Shown: positions 1-9,142, counted from the first letter of the stretch. The stretch is 32,000 bases of DNA from Methanocaldococcus jannaschii DSM 2661 (GCF_000091665.1 NC_000909.1:353581-385580), one strand, 5' to 3'. Notes: a model not told the origin generated them from the sequence alone. Numbers and translations: made by a program.

Positions 1-154
1 CTTTCAAAGAGTCCTTATCATAACCAAATACATAAACTCTAACTCTATTTCCTTTTGATTCTATTGTGCAATCAATGTCCATCCTTGATAATCTCTCACA
101 AAGCTCCAAAAGCTCTTCATCACAACTCACTTTTGATGAAATAATCTTTCTCAT
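1..154 (-). CDS. hypothetical protein, N-terminal part only (gene runs off the left edge)
   Basis: ATG at 154-152 lies 3 nt after a GGTGAT Shine-Dalgarno (rc of atcacc, 158-163). The frame is open to position 2. It translates to MRKIISSKVSCDEELLELCERLSRMDIDCTIESKGNRVRVYVFGYDKDSLK. No family recognised. It is absent from the ORF track because it is truncated. Confidence 0.5.
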   Translation of the reverse strand, partial: MRKIISSKVSCDEELLELCERLSRMDIDCTIESKGNRVRVYVFGYDKDSLK

Positions 155-244
155 AGTATCACCAAAATAATAAAGTAAATTTATAAATTACCATAGCTTA
201 TATAATAAAGTTTTGCATGAACAAAAATGTTGTGGTGATATATC

Positions 245-1165
245 ATGGACGAATTTGAAATGATAAAGAGAAACACATCTGAAATTATCAGCGAGGAAGA
301 GTTAAGAGAGGTTTTAAAAAAAGATGAAAAATCTGCTTACATAGGTTTTGAACCAAGTGGTAAAATACATTTAGGGCATTATCTCCAAATAAAAAAGATG
401 ATTGATTTACAAAATGCTGGATTTGATATAATTATATTGTTGGCTGATTTACACGCCTATTTAAACCAGAAAGGAGAGTTGGATGAGATTAGAAAAATAG
501 GAGATTATAACAAAAAAGTTTTTGAAGCAATGGGGTTAAAGGCAAAATATGTTTATGGAAGTGAATTCCAGCTTGATAAGGATTATACACTGAATGTCTA
601 TAGATTGGCTTTAAAAACTACCTTAAAAAGAGCAAGAAGGAGTATGGAACTTATAGCAAGAGAGGATGAAAATCCAAAGGTTGCTGAAGTTATCTATCCA
701 ATAATGCAGGTTAATGATATTCATTATTTAGGCGTTGATGTTGCAGTTGGAGGGATGGAGCAGAGAAAAATACACATGTTAGCAAGGGAGCTTTTACCAA
801 AAAAGGTTGTTTGTATTCACAACCCTGTCTTAACGGGTTTGGATGGAGAAGGAAAGATGAGTTCTTCAAAAGGGAATTTTATAGCTGTTGATGACTCTCC
901 AGAAGAGATTAGGGCTAAGATAAAGAAAGCATACTGCCCAGCTGGAGTTGTTGAAGGAAATCCAATAATGGAGATAGCTAAATACTTCCTTGAATATCCT
1001 TTAACCATAAAAAGGCCAGAAAAATTTGGTGGAGATTTGACAGTTAATAGCTATGAGGAGTTAGAGAGTTTATTTAAAAATAAGGAATTGCATCCAATGG
1101 ATTTAAAAAATGCTGTAGCTGAAGAACTTATAAAGATTTTAGAGCCAATTAGAAAGAGATTATAA
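245..1165 (+). CDS. tyrS: tyrosyl-tRNA synthetase (minimalist archaeal class I TyrRS)
   Basis: 306-aa ORF with a HIGH-type motif (KIHLGHY) and a KMSKS-type motif (KMSSSKG). GGTGAT lies 5 nt upstream of the ATG. The sequence is recognisable as the M. jannaschii TyrRS. Confidence 0.97.
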
Positions 1166-1173
1166 TTATAAAA

Positions 1174-1566
1174 TTAGACAATTATTATATCATTTAACTT
1201 TTTCTTTTTCTCTTCTTTTTTAAGCCCATCTAATGAAACTGGTTTAGAGTCAGCTATAATAATATCATTATCTTTTCTATTAGTAGTTTTTTTAGTGATT
1301 TCATTAAGAGTTTGTGTTAAATTTTTATAATCTTGTTTTTTAACTTCCTTTTTATTATTATTATTTTTGTAGTGTGGAAGAGTTTTATATTTAATTTTAA
1401 CTACAATCTCCCCCTCTCCTTCATCTTTATCAAATGGTAGATTTATCTTTGCAGTATCCTTAGATAAAACCTCCAATGAAACATTTTTATCTCCTAAGTA
1501 AATATCAACATAAGAAATTAAAACATCTTCTGGGTTTTGGATTGATAGGATTATTTTCTCTTCCAT
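1174..1566 (-). CDS. hypothetical protein with a Lys/Asn-rich low-complexity C-terminal half
   Basis: 130-aa ORF with an ATG start, 6 nt downstream of the cbiT stop on the same strand, so probably co-transcribed. It contains the NNNNKKEVKK and KKEEKKKK tracts. No family recognised. Confidence 0.55.
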   Translation of the reverse strand: MEEKIILSIQNPEDVLISYVDIYLGDKNVSLEVLSKDTAKINLPFDKDEGEGEIVVKIKYKTLPHYKNNNNKKEVKKQDYKNLTQTLNEITKKTTNRKDNDIIIADSKPVSLDGLKKEEKKKKLNDIIIV

Positions 1567-1572
1567 GATTAT

Positions 1573-2115
1573 CTACCTAACTGCTTTTATTATAGTTATT
1601 GGATTCTTTGCCAAAAACATGTGTCCAGAAGGGATTTTTTTAGCATAAGAAATAAAAACATTAACGGCATCAACATTGTAACCTCTACTCTCAAATTCAT
1701 TTATTATTTTAGCAGCATTTTCTAAAACAATTGTGTTAGCAACAATGTGATTTATTTTCTTTTTATCCAAAATTTCAATTATCTTTTCAATATTTTTTGT
1801 CCCACCTATAAAAGCTTTATTAAATTCTAATTTATCTAAAACATCTTCTGCCCTTCCCTTTATTATTTGGCAATTTTTAATATTAAATTTGGCTAAATTT
1901 TGTTTAGTTACTTCAATAGCGCCATCTAAATAATCTATAGCATAAACAAACTTGCATCTCTTTGCTATCTCAACTGTCATTCCTCCACTTCCACAACCAA
2001 CATCAACAACAACGTCATCTTTATTTAAGTTTAATTTCCCAATACTCACAGCCCTAATTTCTTCTTTTGTTATTGGAACTCCTTCTCTTCTTATAAATTC
2101 TTCATCTGGAATCAT
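1573..2115 (-). CDS. cbiT: cobalt-precorrin-6B C15-methyltransferase (decarboxylating), CbiT
   Basis: SAM-binding motif VVDVGCGSGG and overall CbiT-like sequence. The ORF-track start at 2124 is a GTG inside the Shine-Dalgarno GGTGA. The ATG at 2115 lies 5 nt after that GGTGA, so I prefer 2115 (alternative 2124). Confidence 0.85.
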   Translation of the reverse strand: MIPDEEFIRREGVPITKEEIRAVSIGKLNLNKDDVVVDVGCGSGGMTVEIAKRCKFVYAIDYLDGAIEVTKQNLAKFNIKNCQIIKGRAEDVLDKLEFNKAFIGGTKNIEKIIEILDKKKINHIVANTIVLENAAKIINEFESRGYNVDAVNVFISYAKKIPSGHMFLAKNPITIIKAVR

Positions 2116-2205
2116 ATATTTCACCGAATCATAAATATGTTATGAAATAGTAATATATAGCAATAGGATTAAAAATGTAATTAAAATAAAAATAGGGGGA
2201 GGGGT

Positions 2206-3225
2206 ATGAATTACTCAATAAGATTATTCAAAATTATGGGGATTCCAATAGAGCTTCATATAACCTTTATTTTATTTTTAGTGGTCATAATTGGACTGTC
2301 TATAATGAATAATAGCATATTTTGGGCAGTTCTCTTTATCTTATTATTTGTGTCTGTTGTTTTACATGAGTTAGGTCATAGTTATGTAGCTAAGAAGTAT
2401 GGGGTAAAGATAGAAAAAATTTTGCTATTGCCGATTGGTGGAGTGGCGATGATGGATAAAATCCCAAAAGAGGGGGAGTTAAGGATAGGGATAGCTGGGC
2501 CTTTAGTTAGCTTTATTATTGGAATAGTTTTGTTAATTGTATCTCAATTTTTTGATATAAACATAAATGGATATCCTCTATTATATACTTTAAGCCTACT
2601 GAACTTAATGCTTGGAGGATTTAATTTAATTCCAGCATTTCCTATGGATGGCGGAAGAATATTGAGAGCTATATTGTCAAAAAAATATGGTTATTTGAAA
2701 TCAACGAAGATAGCAGCAAATATTGGAAAGAGCTTGGCTTTAATAATGCTCTTATTTGGTCTCTTATCAATGAACATTATATTAATCTTGGTTAGTTTGT
2801 TTGTTTATTTTGGAGCTGAGCAAGAAAGTAGAGTGGTAGAAGTTGAGACAATATTTAAAAATATTAAGGCAAAGGACATTATGACGCCAAATCCAGTATA
2901 TGTAACTCCAGATATGAGTATAGAGGAGTTCTTGGATTTTATGCTTAAACATAAGTATTTTGGATATCCTGTAGTTGAAAATGGGAAGTTAGTTGGCTGT
3001 ATTGGAATAGGTAATATACATAAAAAAGAAGGAACTGTAAGGGATTATATGGAAAAGCCTGTTGTAGTTAGTGAAGATACTGATATAAAAGAGATTCTAA
3101 GAAAAATGGCTAATACAGATAGAGTATTTGTTGTAGAAGGTGGAAAATTAAAAGGAATCATATCAAAAACAGATATCTTGAGGGCTATGAGTATATTGGA
3201 GTTAAAAGAAGAGCTAAAAGATTAA
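2206..3225 (+). CDS. site-2 protease family (M50) intramembrane metalloprotease with two C-terminal CBS domains
   Basis: Contains HELGH (HExxH) in a TM helix and the NLIPAFPMDGG motif, with several hydrophobic segments. The C-terminal ~120 aa have tandem CBS-like repeats (DIMTPNPVYV..., DYMEKPVVVS...). A GGGGGAGGGG RBS precedes the ATG. Confidence 0.93.
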   Translation: MNYSIRLFKIMGIPIELHITFILFLVVIIGLSIMNNSIFWAVLFILLFVSVVLHELGHSYVAKKYGVKIEKILLLPIGGVAMMDKIPKEGELRIGIAGPLVSFIIGIVLLIVSQFFDININGYPLLYTLSLLNLMLGGFNLIPAFPMDGGRILRAILSKKYGYLKSTKIAANIGKSLALIMLLFGLLSMNIILILVSLFVYFGAEQESRVVEVETIFKNIKAKDIMTPNPVYVTPDMSIEEFLDFMLKHKYFGYPVVENGKLVGCIGIGNIHKKEGTVRDYMEKPVVVSEDTDIKEILRKMANTDRVFVVEGGKLKGIISKTDILRAMSILELKEELKD

Positions 3226-3226
3226 C

Positions 3227-3409
3227 TTACTCCTTCTTTTGTGGTTGCTTCCATTCCATGTAGCCACATTTTCCACATGCGTATCTGTTTAAGTGCTCAG
3301 CCATGAAAACTCCAGGACCACATCTTGGACAGGTCTTCTTCAATCTAATAACTTTATCTCCTTCAATCTTGTAGTATTTGTATTTTGCTGTTTTTTTCCC
3401 TTTTGTCAT
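3227..3409 (-). CDS. rps27ae: 30S ribosomal protein S27ae
   Basis: 60-aa basic protein with the zinc ribbon CPRCG...CGKCG. Its start overlaps the S24e stop by 1 nt (TAATG). Confidence 0.92.
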   Translation of the reverse strand: MTKGKKTAKYKYYKIEGDKVIRLKKTCPRCGPGVFMAEHLNRYACGKCGYMEWKQPQKKE

Positions 3410-3714
3410 TATTCTCCCTCCTCAGCTGCTGTTTCTTCTTCTATTTTATTTTTTCTTAAAATGTGTTCTCTCTCAACTAATTTTAACATTTCCTCATTAT
3501 CATACAATTTAGCATAACCTCTTGCTCTCTGCATTCCAGCTTCTTCAACAATTTTTTCAACTATTAATAAATCCTTATTTGCGTTTAATATTGCTGCAAG
3601 CTTTAACTTGACATCTTTGAAGGTTGGTGTAGGTCCATCGTGGTCTACAATGAATCTGTATTCTTTTCTCTTTAACAATGGATTGTATCTTTCTGATAAT
3701 ATTTTTATTTCCAT
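3409..3714 (-). CDS. rps24e: 30S ribosomal protein S24e
   Basis: 101-aa ORF with typical S24e sequence (NPLLKRKEY..., YGMQRARGYAKLYD) and an acidic tail. Confidence 0.92.
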   Translation of the reverse strand: MEIKILSERYNPLLKRKEYRFIVDHDGPTPTFKDVKLKLAAILNANKDLLIVEKIVEEAGMQRARGYAKLYDNEEMLKLVEREHILRKNKIEEETAAEEGE

Positions 3715-3727
3715 ATTATCCCCTCTC

Positions 3728-4204
3728 TCAAATTTTTTTGAATTGTTTTAATATTTCTTCAATTTCTTGTTTTAGTTTTTTATTTATTTTTAGAACAACG
3801 ATTCCTTCATCTGGCTGTCCATATAGAACATAAGTTCCGATAGGAAAGTATTTGATAACAATTAAAGCAAGTAAATCTTCTTCACCATCAACCAGTAGGG
3901 CGATGTTTCTATCATTTATTGTAGATAGATATTTAATACTTTCTATTGCTTCATCAGATATGCATCCAGGAGGATTTTTTACTTTAATAACTTTTTTAAA
4001 TACATGGTTTATTTTAACAGGAATATTTCTTCTGGTTTTTAAGTCAAAAATGGATAGTTTTGGGATTATGTTGTTTTCAATTGCAGTTTTTGTTACAATA
4101 TCTCCAACAGTTACGATATCTCCATCTATATCTGGTAGTGTTTTATATACTTTTCCAAAGGGCTTTTTTAATTTTTCCCTCAACTCCTCTGGAAGCACCA
4201 GCAT
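3728..4204 (-). CDS. DUF359/UPF0218 protein, probable GTP-dependent dephospho-CoA kinase
   Basis: 158-aa ORF in the conserved archaeal position between spt4 and rps24e. The family assignment to the archaeal GTP-dependent DPCK (characterised in Thermococcus) is from memory of the family and its operon context. Confidence 0.7.
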   Translation of the reverse strand: MLVLPEELREKLKKPFGKVYKTLPDIDGDIVTVGDIVTKTAIENNIIPKLSIFDLKTRRNIPVKINHVFKKVIKVKNPPGCISDEAIESIKYLSTINDRNIALLVDGEEDLLALIVIKYFPIGTYVLYGQPDEGIVVLKINKKLKQEIEEILKQFKKI

Positions 4205-4214
4205 ATCAATTCCT

Positions 4215-4394
4215 CTACTCTTTCACACTTAATGCATACTTTCCTTTAATATCTATTCCTGCCTTTTTAGCAATCTCTGATTTCTCTGGATTTATAACTA
4301 TTAAAAGCCCTATCCAGTTTTCACTTGTTGGAGAGTGGCATATTGGACATATTTCATCATTTGTTAAGTATTTACATTTTAAACATGCTCTCAT
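4215..4394 (-). CDS. spt4: transcription elongation factor Spt4 (RNA polymerase subunit E'')
   Basis: 59-aa ORF below the ORF-track size cut-off: [59 protein letters not shown]. It has a CxxC...CxxC zinc ribbon and an AAGGTGA RBS, and sits immediately downstream of rpoE'. Confidence 0.88.
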
Positions 4395-4403
4395 AAGCTC
4401 ACC

Positions 4404-4967
4404 TTATTCTTGATTTTGCTTTTTAGCTTTTTCCTCCTCAATCCACTCTAATTTTCCCAAGTATGGCTGTCTCATGGTTAATGCTATCTTACTACCTCTC
4501 TTTCTTTCTGCCTTCAAACTTATAGCAACAATCCTTGCCCTAACATAATCTCCAATCTCCAAAACCTTTCCAGTCTCTTTTCCAATAATTGCCTCCCTCT
4601 TAGGGTCGTAAGATACATAGTCATCCATAATCTGTGAAACATGAATTAATCCATCTAAAGGTCCCAACCTTACAAAGCTACCAAACTCAACAACATCAAC
4701 GACCTCTCCCTCAATAAGTTCATACATCTCTGGGATATAAACGAGAGTCTCAAATACAACTGGATGATATGCTGAACCATCACCATGCACTACTTTACCT
4801 TCTCCAATGTCTTTTACATCTACAATGGATAAAACAAATCCAACATCTTTATCTAATCTTCCTTCATATTTTTCCATGAGAATTTTTTTTACTGTCTCTT
4901 TTAAATCCTTACCAAACTCTTCTGGTGGAACTTTTACAACATCTGCAATCTCTAAAATTTTATACAT
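4404..4967 (-). CDS. rpoE: DNA-directed RNA polymerase subunit E' (Rpo7)
   Basis: 187-aa ORF with an N-terminal Rpb7-like domain and an S1 domain ([27 protein letters not shown]). A GAGGTGA RBS precedes the start. Confidence 0.93.
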
Positions 4968-5130
4968 AAGATATTCACCTCTGAATCAGTTAAATTTAAT
5001 AAAAAAAGAGTAACTAATCGTCATATTAGTGAGATTATAAAAAACAATAAATAATTAATGTAATTATTAATTTTGCCACAAACCTATATTTATAATTAAC
5101 CATACAAAAATTGTTATAAGTTATGAAACG

Positions 5131-5144
5131 AAAAGTATATATAT
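5131..5144 (+). promoter_or_regulatory. putative BRE/TATA promoter for the tRNA-Arg/tRNA-Glu pair
   Basis: AAAAGTATATATAT lies ~45 nt upstream of the mature tRNA-Arg 5' end. The same 12-mer AAAAGTATATAT recurs at 5377-5388, downstream of tRNA-Glu. Confidence 0.4.
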
Positions 5145-5187
5145 GAGAAAATTCATTTTAAAGAGTGCTTACAACCTGAGATAAAGA

Positions 5188-5265
5188 GGACCCGTAGCCT
5201 AGCCTGGATAGGGCACCGGCCTTCTAAGCCGGGGGTCGGGGGTTCAAATCCCCTCGGGTCCGCCA
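5188..5265 (+). tRNA. tRNA-Arg (anticodon TCT), CCA encoded
   Basis: Hand-folded cloverleaf. Acceptor GGACCCG/CGGGTCC, anticodon stem CCGGC/GCCGG with loop CTTCTAA, T arm GGGGG-TTCAAAT-CCCCT, discriminator G, then CCA. Confidence 0.93.
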
Positions 5266-5288
5266 ATTTTTCTATTTTTTATCCGATT

Positions 5289-5363
5289 GCTCCGGTGGTG
5301 TAGTCCGGCCAATCATGCGGGCCTTTCGAGCCCGCGACCCGGGTTCAAATCCCGGCCGGAGCA
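5289..5363 (+). tRNA. tRNA-Glu (anticodon TTC), no encoded CCA
   Basis: Acceptor GCTCCGG/CCGGAGC, anticodon stem CGGGC/GCCCG with loop CTTTCGA, T arm CCGGG-TTCAAAT-CCCGG, discriminator A. Confidence 0.93.
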
Positions 5364-5527
5364 TCATTATATCATAAAAGTATATATCTATTTATTTAAA
5401 TTAATAAAATAACTAATAACCATAAATGTTATTTTATAAATAATGCTACAGTAAGACATGAAAATTGGAAACAGAATGATATGATGGATACTTTCTTAAA
5501 TACTTATCTTATTATTTTGTTGATAAT

Positions 5528-6343
5528 ATGGTTAATCTTAAAGAACTCTCCCAAAATGAAGTATTGGAACTTATAAATTATGTTAAATCATTAAGGAAGC
5601 AAAATTTTAGCTATTCTCAAATATCTAAAAAGATTGAAATTGAAAGGAATATTAAAATTTCCAAATCTACGATTATTAGATGGTGTAAAAATAGCAATAA
5701 TCCATTCAATAAAACAAAATTTATAGATTTATCACCTTCTCCTGAGCTTTCTTATATAATAGGGGTTTATTTTGGAGATGCTAACATTTATTACAGAAAA
5801 AAGACAGGAAGTTACTATTTTAGGATTAAGGTTGTTGATAAAGACTTTGTAGATGTTGTTAAAAATAGTTTGATAAAAATTGGATTAAATCCAACAATTA
5901 GCTATGTGGAAGAGAAAACAAGAAGTAATAGGTGGCATGTTGAAGCGAGCAGTAAAAGTTTGTATAAATTTTTAAGTCAAAACAAAGAAGAACTTTTTAA
6001 AGTTGCTGAAAAGTATCCTGAAGATTTTTTAAGAGGATTTTTTGATAGCGAAGGATATGTTACTTCAAATAAAATAGCATTAGAAAATTATGATTTAGAA
6101 CTTTTGGAATTTTCAAAAGAGCTGTTAAAAAAGTTGGATGTACATTCAACAATCCACATAGCAAAGAAAAAAGGAACTGAATCAAATATTAGAGGTGAAA
6201 TTTACCATTATAAAGACGATTTTTATAGATTGTCAATCCATAGAAAAGAATCTGTTAGGAACTTTGCTATAAAAGTCAGTTTCTCTATAAAAAGAAAACG
6301 AGAAAGACTCCAAAAACTCTTGGAATCTATGGATAAACATTAA
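5528..6343 (+). CDS. free-standing LAGLIDADG (double-motif) homing-endonuclease-like protein with an N-terminal HTH
   Basis: 271-aa ORF with two LAGLIDADG motifs, LSYIIGVYFGDANI and FLRGFFDSEGYV, both keeping the acidic residue at the catalytic position. The N-terminal segment SYSQISKKIEIERNIKISKSTIIRWCK looks like an HTH. No obvious Shine-Dalgarno. Confidence 0.75.
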   Translation: MVNLKELSQNEVLELINYVKSLRKQNFSYSQISKKIEIERNIKISKSTIIRWCKNSNNPFNKTKFIDLSPSPELSYIIGVYFGDANIYYRKKTGSYYFRIKVVDKDFVDVVKNSLIKIGLNPTISYVEEKTRSNRWHVEASSKSLYKFLSQNKEELFKVAEKYPEDFLRGFFDSEGYVTSNKIALENYDLELLEFSKELLKKLDVHSTIHIAKKKGTESNIRGEIYHYKDDFYRLSIHRKESVRNFAIKVSFSIKRKRERLQKLLESMDKH

Positions 6344-6391
6344 TTCTTACATTTAAATATACAAATATAATATATCAAAATATAGAAATAG

Positions 6392-6467
6392 TAGCGGGGG
6401 GAGGATTTGAACCTCCGATCTCCGGGTTATGAGCCCGGCGGGATGGACCTGGCTACCCTACCCCGCT
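6392..6467 (-). tRNA. initiator tRNA-Met (anticodon CAT), no encoded CCA
   Basis: The reverse complement folds as AGCGGGG...CCCCGCT-A. It has an A1:U72 pair and three consecutive G:C pairs closing the anticodon stem (CCGGG-CTCATAA-CCCGG). The T arm is GGAGG-TTCAAAT-CCTCC. These are archaeal initiator hallmarks. Confidence 0.9.
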
Positions 6468-6518
6468 TCACTCAACTTTTAATCCAAAACAAGCGAAATT
6501 ACTATAACTACAAACTAA

Positions 6519-6526
6519 TATATAAA
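6519..6526 (-). promoter_or_regulatory. putative TATA box for the initiator tRNA
   Basis: On the minus strand, AAACCTTTATATATT has its TTTATATA core ~52 nt upstream of the mature tRNA 5' end. Confidence 0.35.
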
Positions 6527-6570
6527 GGTTTTGGTTGTGTGTATATTAAAGACACAACCATAAAAATGAA

Positions 6571-7905
6571 TTATAAGGATGCATCAAGCTTTGCAATTAG
6601 ATTTTTAATCTCTTCAACCTTCTCTTTCATTGTTTTCTCATCATCTGCTTCTAAGTTTAATCTTAATAATGGTTCAGTATTTGAAGGTCTTAAATTAAAC
6701 CAGAAGTTTTTACAATAAATAGATATTCCATCCAACTCCTCTAACTTGCAATCTTTAAAATGTTCCTTTATTTTTTCCATAATATATTTTTGGTCTTTAA
6801 CTCTAAAGTTTATCTCTCCACTATGAGGATATTTGCTAAATTCCTTATTTAGTTCAGATAATGATTTATTTTCTTCATCCATAGCTTTTAAGATATAATT
6901 TAACGCCAGTAATGGACTTTCAAAGTAGCCAATCTCTTTAAAGTAAAAGTGATTACTCAACTCTCCAGCAAATTCAGCATCTATTTCATGCATTAATTTT
7001 TTTATAAAGTAATGCCCCACTCTACTTTTTATTGCTATGCCACCATACTTCTCAATAATTTCTGGAACTATTTTAGAACATCTTAAATCATAAACAATTT
7101 TGGCATTTGACTTTTCTTTTAAAATTTCTTTTGCTATTATGGCTGTTAATATATCTCCCCTCAAAACATTTCCGTTTTCATCAACTATTCCCAACCTATC
7201 TCCATCTCCGTCAAATATTAAACCTAATTCACAGTTATTTTTTTTAACTGCTCTTATAATATCTTTTAAGCATTCCATTTTTAGTGTGTCTGGTTGATGA
7301 GCAGGGAAATTGCCATCGGGATAATCATTTATAAAAACTGCGTTATCAAACAATTCATTCAAAATTTCTTTTTCAGCTATTGTAGTAGCTCCATTTGCAA
7401 AATCTACAGCTATTTTTTTATCTGAGGCTTTACATCTCTTTAAAAAGAATTTTTTATACTCCTCTATAATATTAACCTTTAAATCATCTAAATTTAGGTT
7501 TTTAGCTTCTTCTTTTATACTTTCTGTTAATTCATATTTTTTGAATATTGGTTTTATCTCTTCTATTGGTGACAGAGGAATAGCTTCTTTATCACACATC
7601 TTAAATCCAGTGTATTCTGGAGGGTTATGAGATGCTGTTAATATAACTCCTAAATCATATTTTCCTTTAGTTCCGAAATACATTAAAGGGGTTGAAATAG
7701 TTCCGGCATAAAATACATCCGCATATTCTTTCAAACCAACTATAAAATAGGGTAAAAGCTCTTTGGAACCAATTCTAACGTCATTTCCAACTAATATCTT
7801 TTTATTTTCAAATTTTTTACCAATGCACTTTCCTAAGGAATAGGCAAAGTTCTCATCTAACTCTCTACCATAGATTCCTCTAATATCATAGGCTTTAAAT
7901 ACCAT
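6571..7905 (-). CDS. phosphomannomutase/phosphoglucomutase family (alpha-D-phosphohexomutase)
   Basis: Has the phosphoserine loop TASHNPPEYTG, the Mg loop FDGDGDR and the sugar loop GELSNH. The ORF-track start at 7920 is a GTG overlapping the 3' end of the SD GGTGAT. The ATG at 7905 follows the GGTGAT (rc of 7909-7914) by 3 nt. Confidence 0.9.
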   Translation of the reverse strand: MVFKAYDIRGIYGRELDENFAYSLGKCIGKKFENKKILVGNDVRIGSKELLPYFIVGLKEYADVFYAGTISTPLMYFGTKGKYDLGVILTASHNPPEYTGFKMCDKEAIPLSPIEEIKPIFKKYELTESIKEEAKNLNLDDLKVNIIEEYKKFFLKRCKASDKKIAVDFANGATTIAEKEILNELFDNAVFINDYPDGNFPAHQPDTLKMECLKDIIRAVKKNNCELGLIFDGDGDRLGIVDENGNVLRGDILTAIIAKEILKEKSNAKIVYDLRCSKIVPEIIEKYGGIAIKSRVGHYFIKKLMHEIDAEFAGELSNHFYFKEIGYFESPLLALNYILKAMDEENKSLSELNKEFSKYPHSGEINFRVKDQKYIMEKIKEHFKDCKLEELDGISIYCKNFWFNLRPSNTEPLLRLNLEADDEKTMKEKVEEIKNLIAKLDASL

Positions 7906-8009
7906 CAAATCACCAAACACAAATTTTAAATATTGATATCTGATATTTCTATATTAAAACTTTAACATTAATATCAAATAAAACAATAAAAATTTGTAAA
8001 TGTGAGAAT

Positions 8010-8831
8010 ATGGAATTATTTAAAGACATAAAGAATCTTGGAAAACTTGTAAGGTTGGAGAGAATATTTAACAGAGAAAGTGAAAAAACTGTAATTGTTC
8101 CAATGGACCATGGGGTATCAAACGGTCCAATTAAGGGGCTTATAGATATAAGAAAAACCGTAAATGATGTTGCCGAAGGAGGAGCTAATGCTGTCCTCTT
8201 ACATAAGGGAATTGTAAGACATGGACACAGAGGATATGGCAAAGATGTTGGTTTAATCATCCATCTCTCTGGTGGAACTGCAATATCACCAAATCCATTG
8301 AAGAAGGTTATTGTTACAACTGTTGAAGAAGCTATCAGAATGGGTGCTGATGCTGTCTCAATTCACGTAAATGTTGGTTCAGATGAAGATTGGGAAGCAT
8401 ACAGAGATTTGGGGATGATAGCTGAAACATGTGAATACTGGGGAATGCCGTTAATTGCTATGATGTATCCAAGAGGAAAACACATTCAAAATGAGAGAGA
8501 CCCTGAATTAGTTGCTCATGCAGCAAGATTGGGAGCTGAGTTAGGAGCTGACATAGTTAAAACAAGTTATACTGGAGATATTGATTCATTTAGAGATGTT
8601 GTTAAGGGTTGTCCAGCTCCAGTTGTGGTTGCTGGAGGGCCAAAGACAAACACAGATGAAGAGTTCTTGCAAATGATTAAAGATGCTATGGAGGCTGGAG
8701 CTGCTGGTGTTGCAGTGGGTAGAAATATCTTCCAGCATGATGATGTTGTTGGCATAACAAGAGCTGTTTGTAAGATAGTCCATGAAAATGCAGACGTTGA
8801 GGAGGCGTTAAAAGAGATTAGGAAGAAATAA
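8010..8831 (+). CDS. aroA': 2-amino-3,7-dideoxy-D-threo-hept-6-ulosonate synthase (ADH synthase; class I aldolase/DhnA family)
   Basis: 273-aa DhnA-type class I aldolase fold sequence (VPMDHG..., Schiff-base region DIVKTSYTG). Recognised as the M. jannaschii enzyme of the alternative aromatic amino acid pathway. Confidence 0.88.
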
Positions 8832-8833
8832 AT

Positions 8834-8873
8834 TCCTTTATTTTTATCCTTTTTATTTTAATTTTTTATTTTT
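8834..8873 (+). terminator. oligo-T termination region after aroA'
   Basis: There are four or more consecutive T5-T7 runs (TTTATTTTTATCCTTTTTATTTTAATTTTTTATTTTT) directly after the stop codon. Archaeal termination uses oligo-T. Confidence 0.45.
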
Positions 8874-8933
8874 AGATAAATATATTTAAATACTTAAATA
8901 TAAAAAATAAAAAAGAAATTTAAAAATTTTGAT

Positions 8934-9134
8934 TTATTCTCTTCTAAATCTTCCCATCATTCTCATTCCGCATCTTCTACCTCTCCCAGGGCCTAATCCT
9001 CTTCCCCCAGCATCTATTCTGTGAATAAATGTTGCAGGAGCTCCACAGTATGGACAAACGTCTGGTTTTGGAACTCCATAAGGAACTTCTATAACTTTCT
9101 GACATTTTGCACATAAAAATCTTTTCATTTCCAT
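8934..9134 (-). CDS. small zinc-ribbon protein with an Arg/Gly-rich C-terminal tail
   Basis: 66-aa ORF with CAKC...CPYCG followed by GGRGLGPGRGRRCGMRMMGRFRRE. A GTGAT RBS precedes the start. It lies 8 nt downstream of the preceding ORF on the same strand. Confidence 0.65.
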   Translation of the reverse strand: MEMKRFLCAKCQKVIEVPYGVPKPDVCPYCGAPATFIHRIDAGGRGLGPGRGRRCGMRMMGRFRRE

Positions 9135-9142
9135 TATATCAC

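Noticed and set aside
817-1008. Antisense ORF inside tyrS, and the analogous track ORFs 1952-2134(+), 3293-3517(+), 3852-4232(+), 4060-4413(+), 4807-5013(+), 7100-7297(+), 7949-8260(-), 8567-8755(-), 8586-8783(-), 12733-12924(-), 17440-17637(-), 19885-20157(+), 20444-20626(+), 20821-21054(+), 22818-23009(-), 25670-25855(+), 30433-30762(+) and 31120-31347(+)
   Set aside because: Most lie opposite well-supported genes; one (25670-25855) is an alternative frame on the same strand as its host gene. Their translations are Ser/Phe/Ile/Leu-rich low-complexity, typical of shadow frames of Lys/Glu-rich AT-rich genes. None has an SD or a recognisable motif.
5400-5527. Small RNA downstream of the second AAAAGTATATAT box (ATGATATGATGG string)
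   Set aside because: The region is AT-rich with no stable stem, no D box and no GC enrichment. It is more likely the promoter and leader of the LAGLIDADG gene.
5266-6391. Integrated element with att-site duplication at the tRNA genes
   Set aside because: I found no direct repeat of the 3' part of tRNA-Arg, tRNA-Glu or tRNA-iMet on the other side of the LAGLIDADG gene. The segment holds only that one gene, so an integrase-type island is not supported.
6407-6718. 103-aa plus-strand ORF
   Set aside because: Its 5' part is the antisense of the initiator tRNA and its 3' part is antisense to the mutase gene, so it is a chance open frame.
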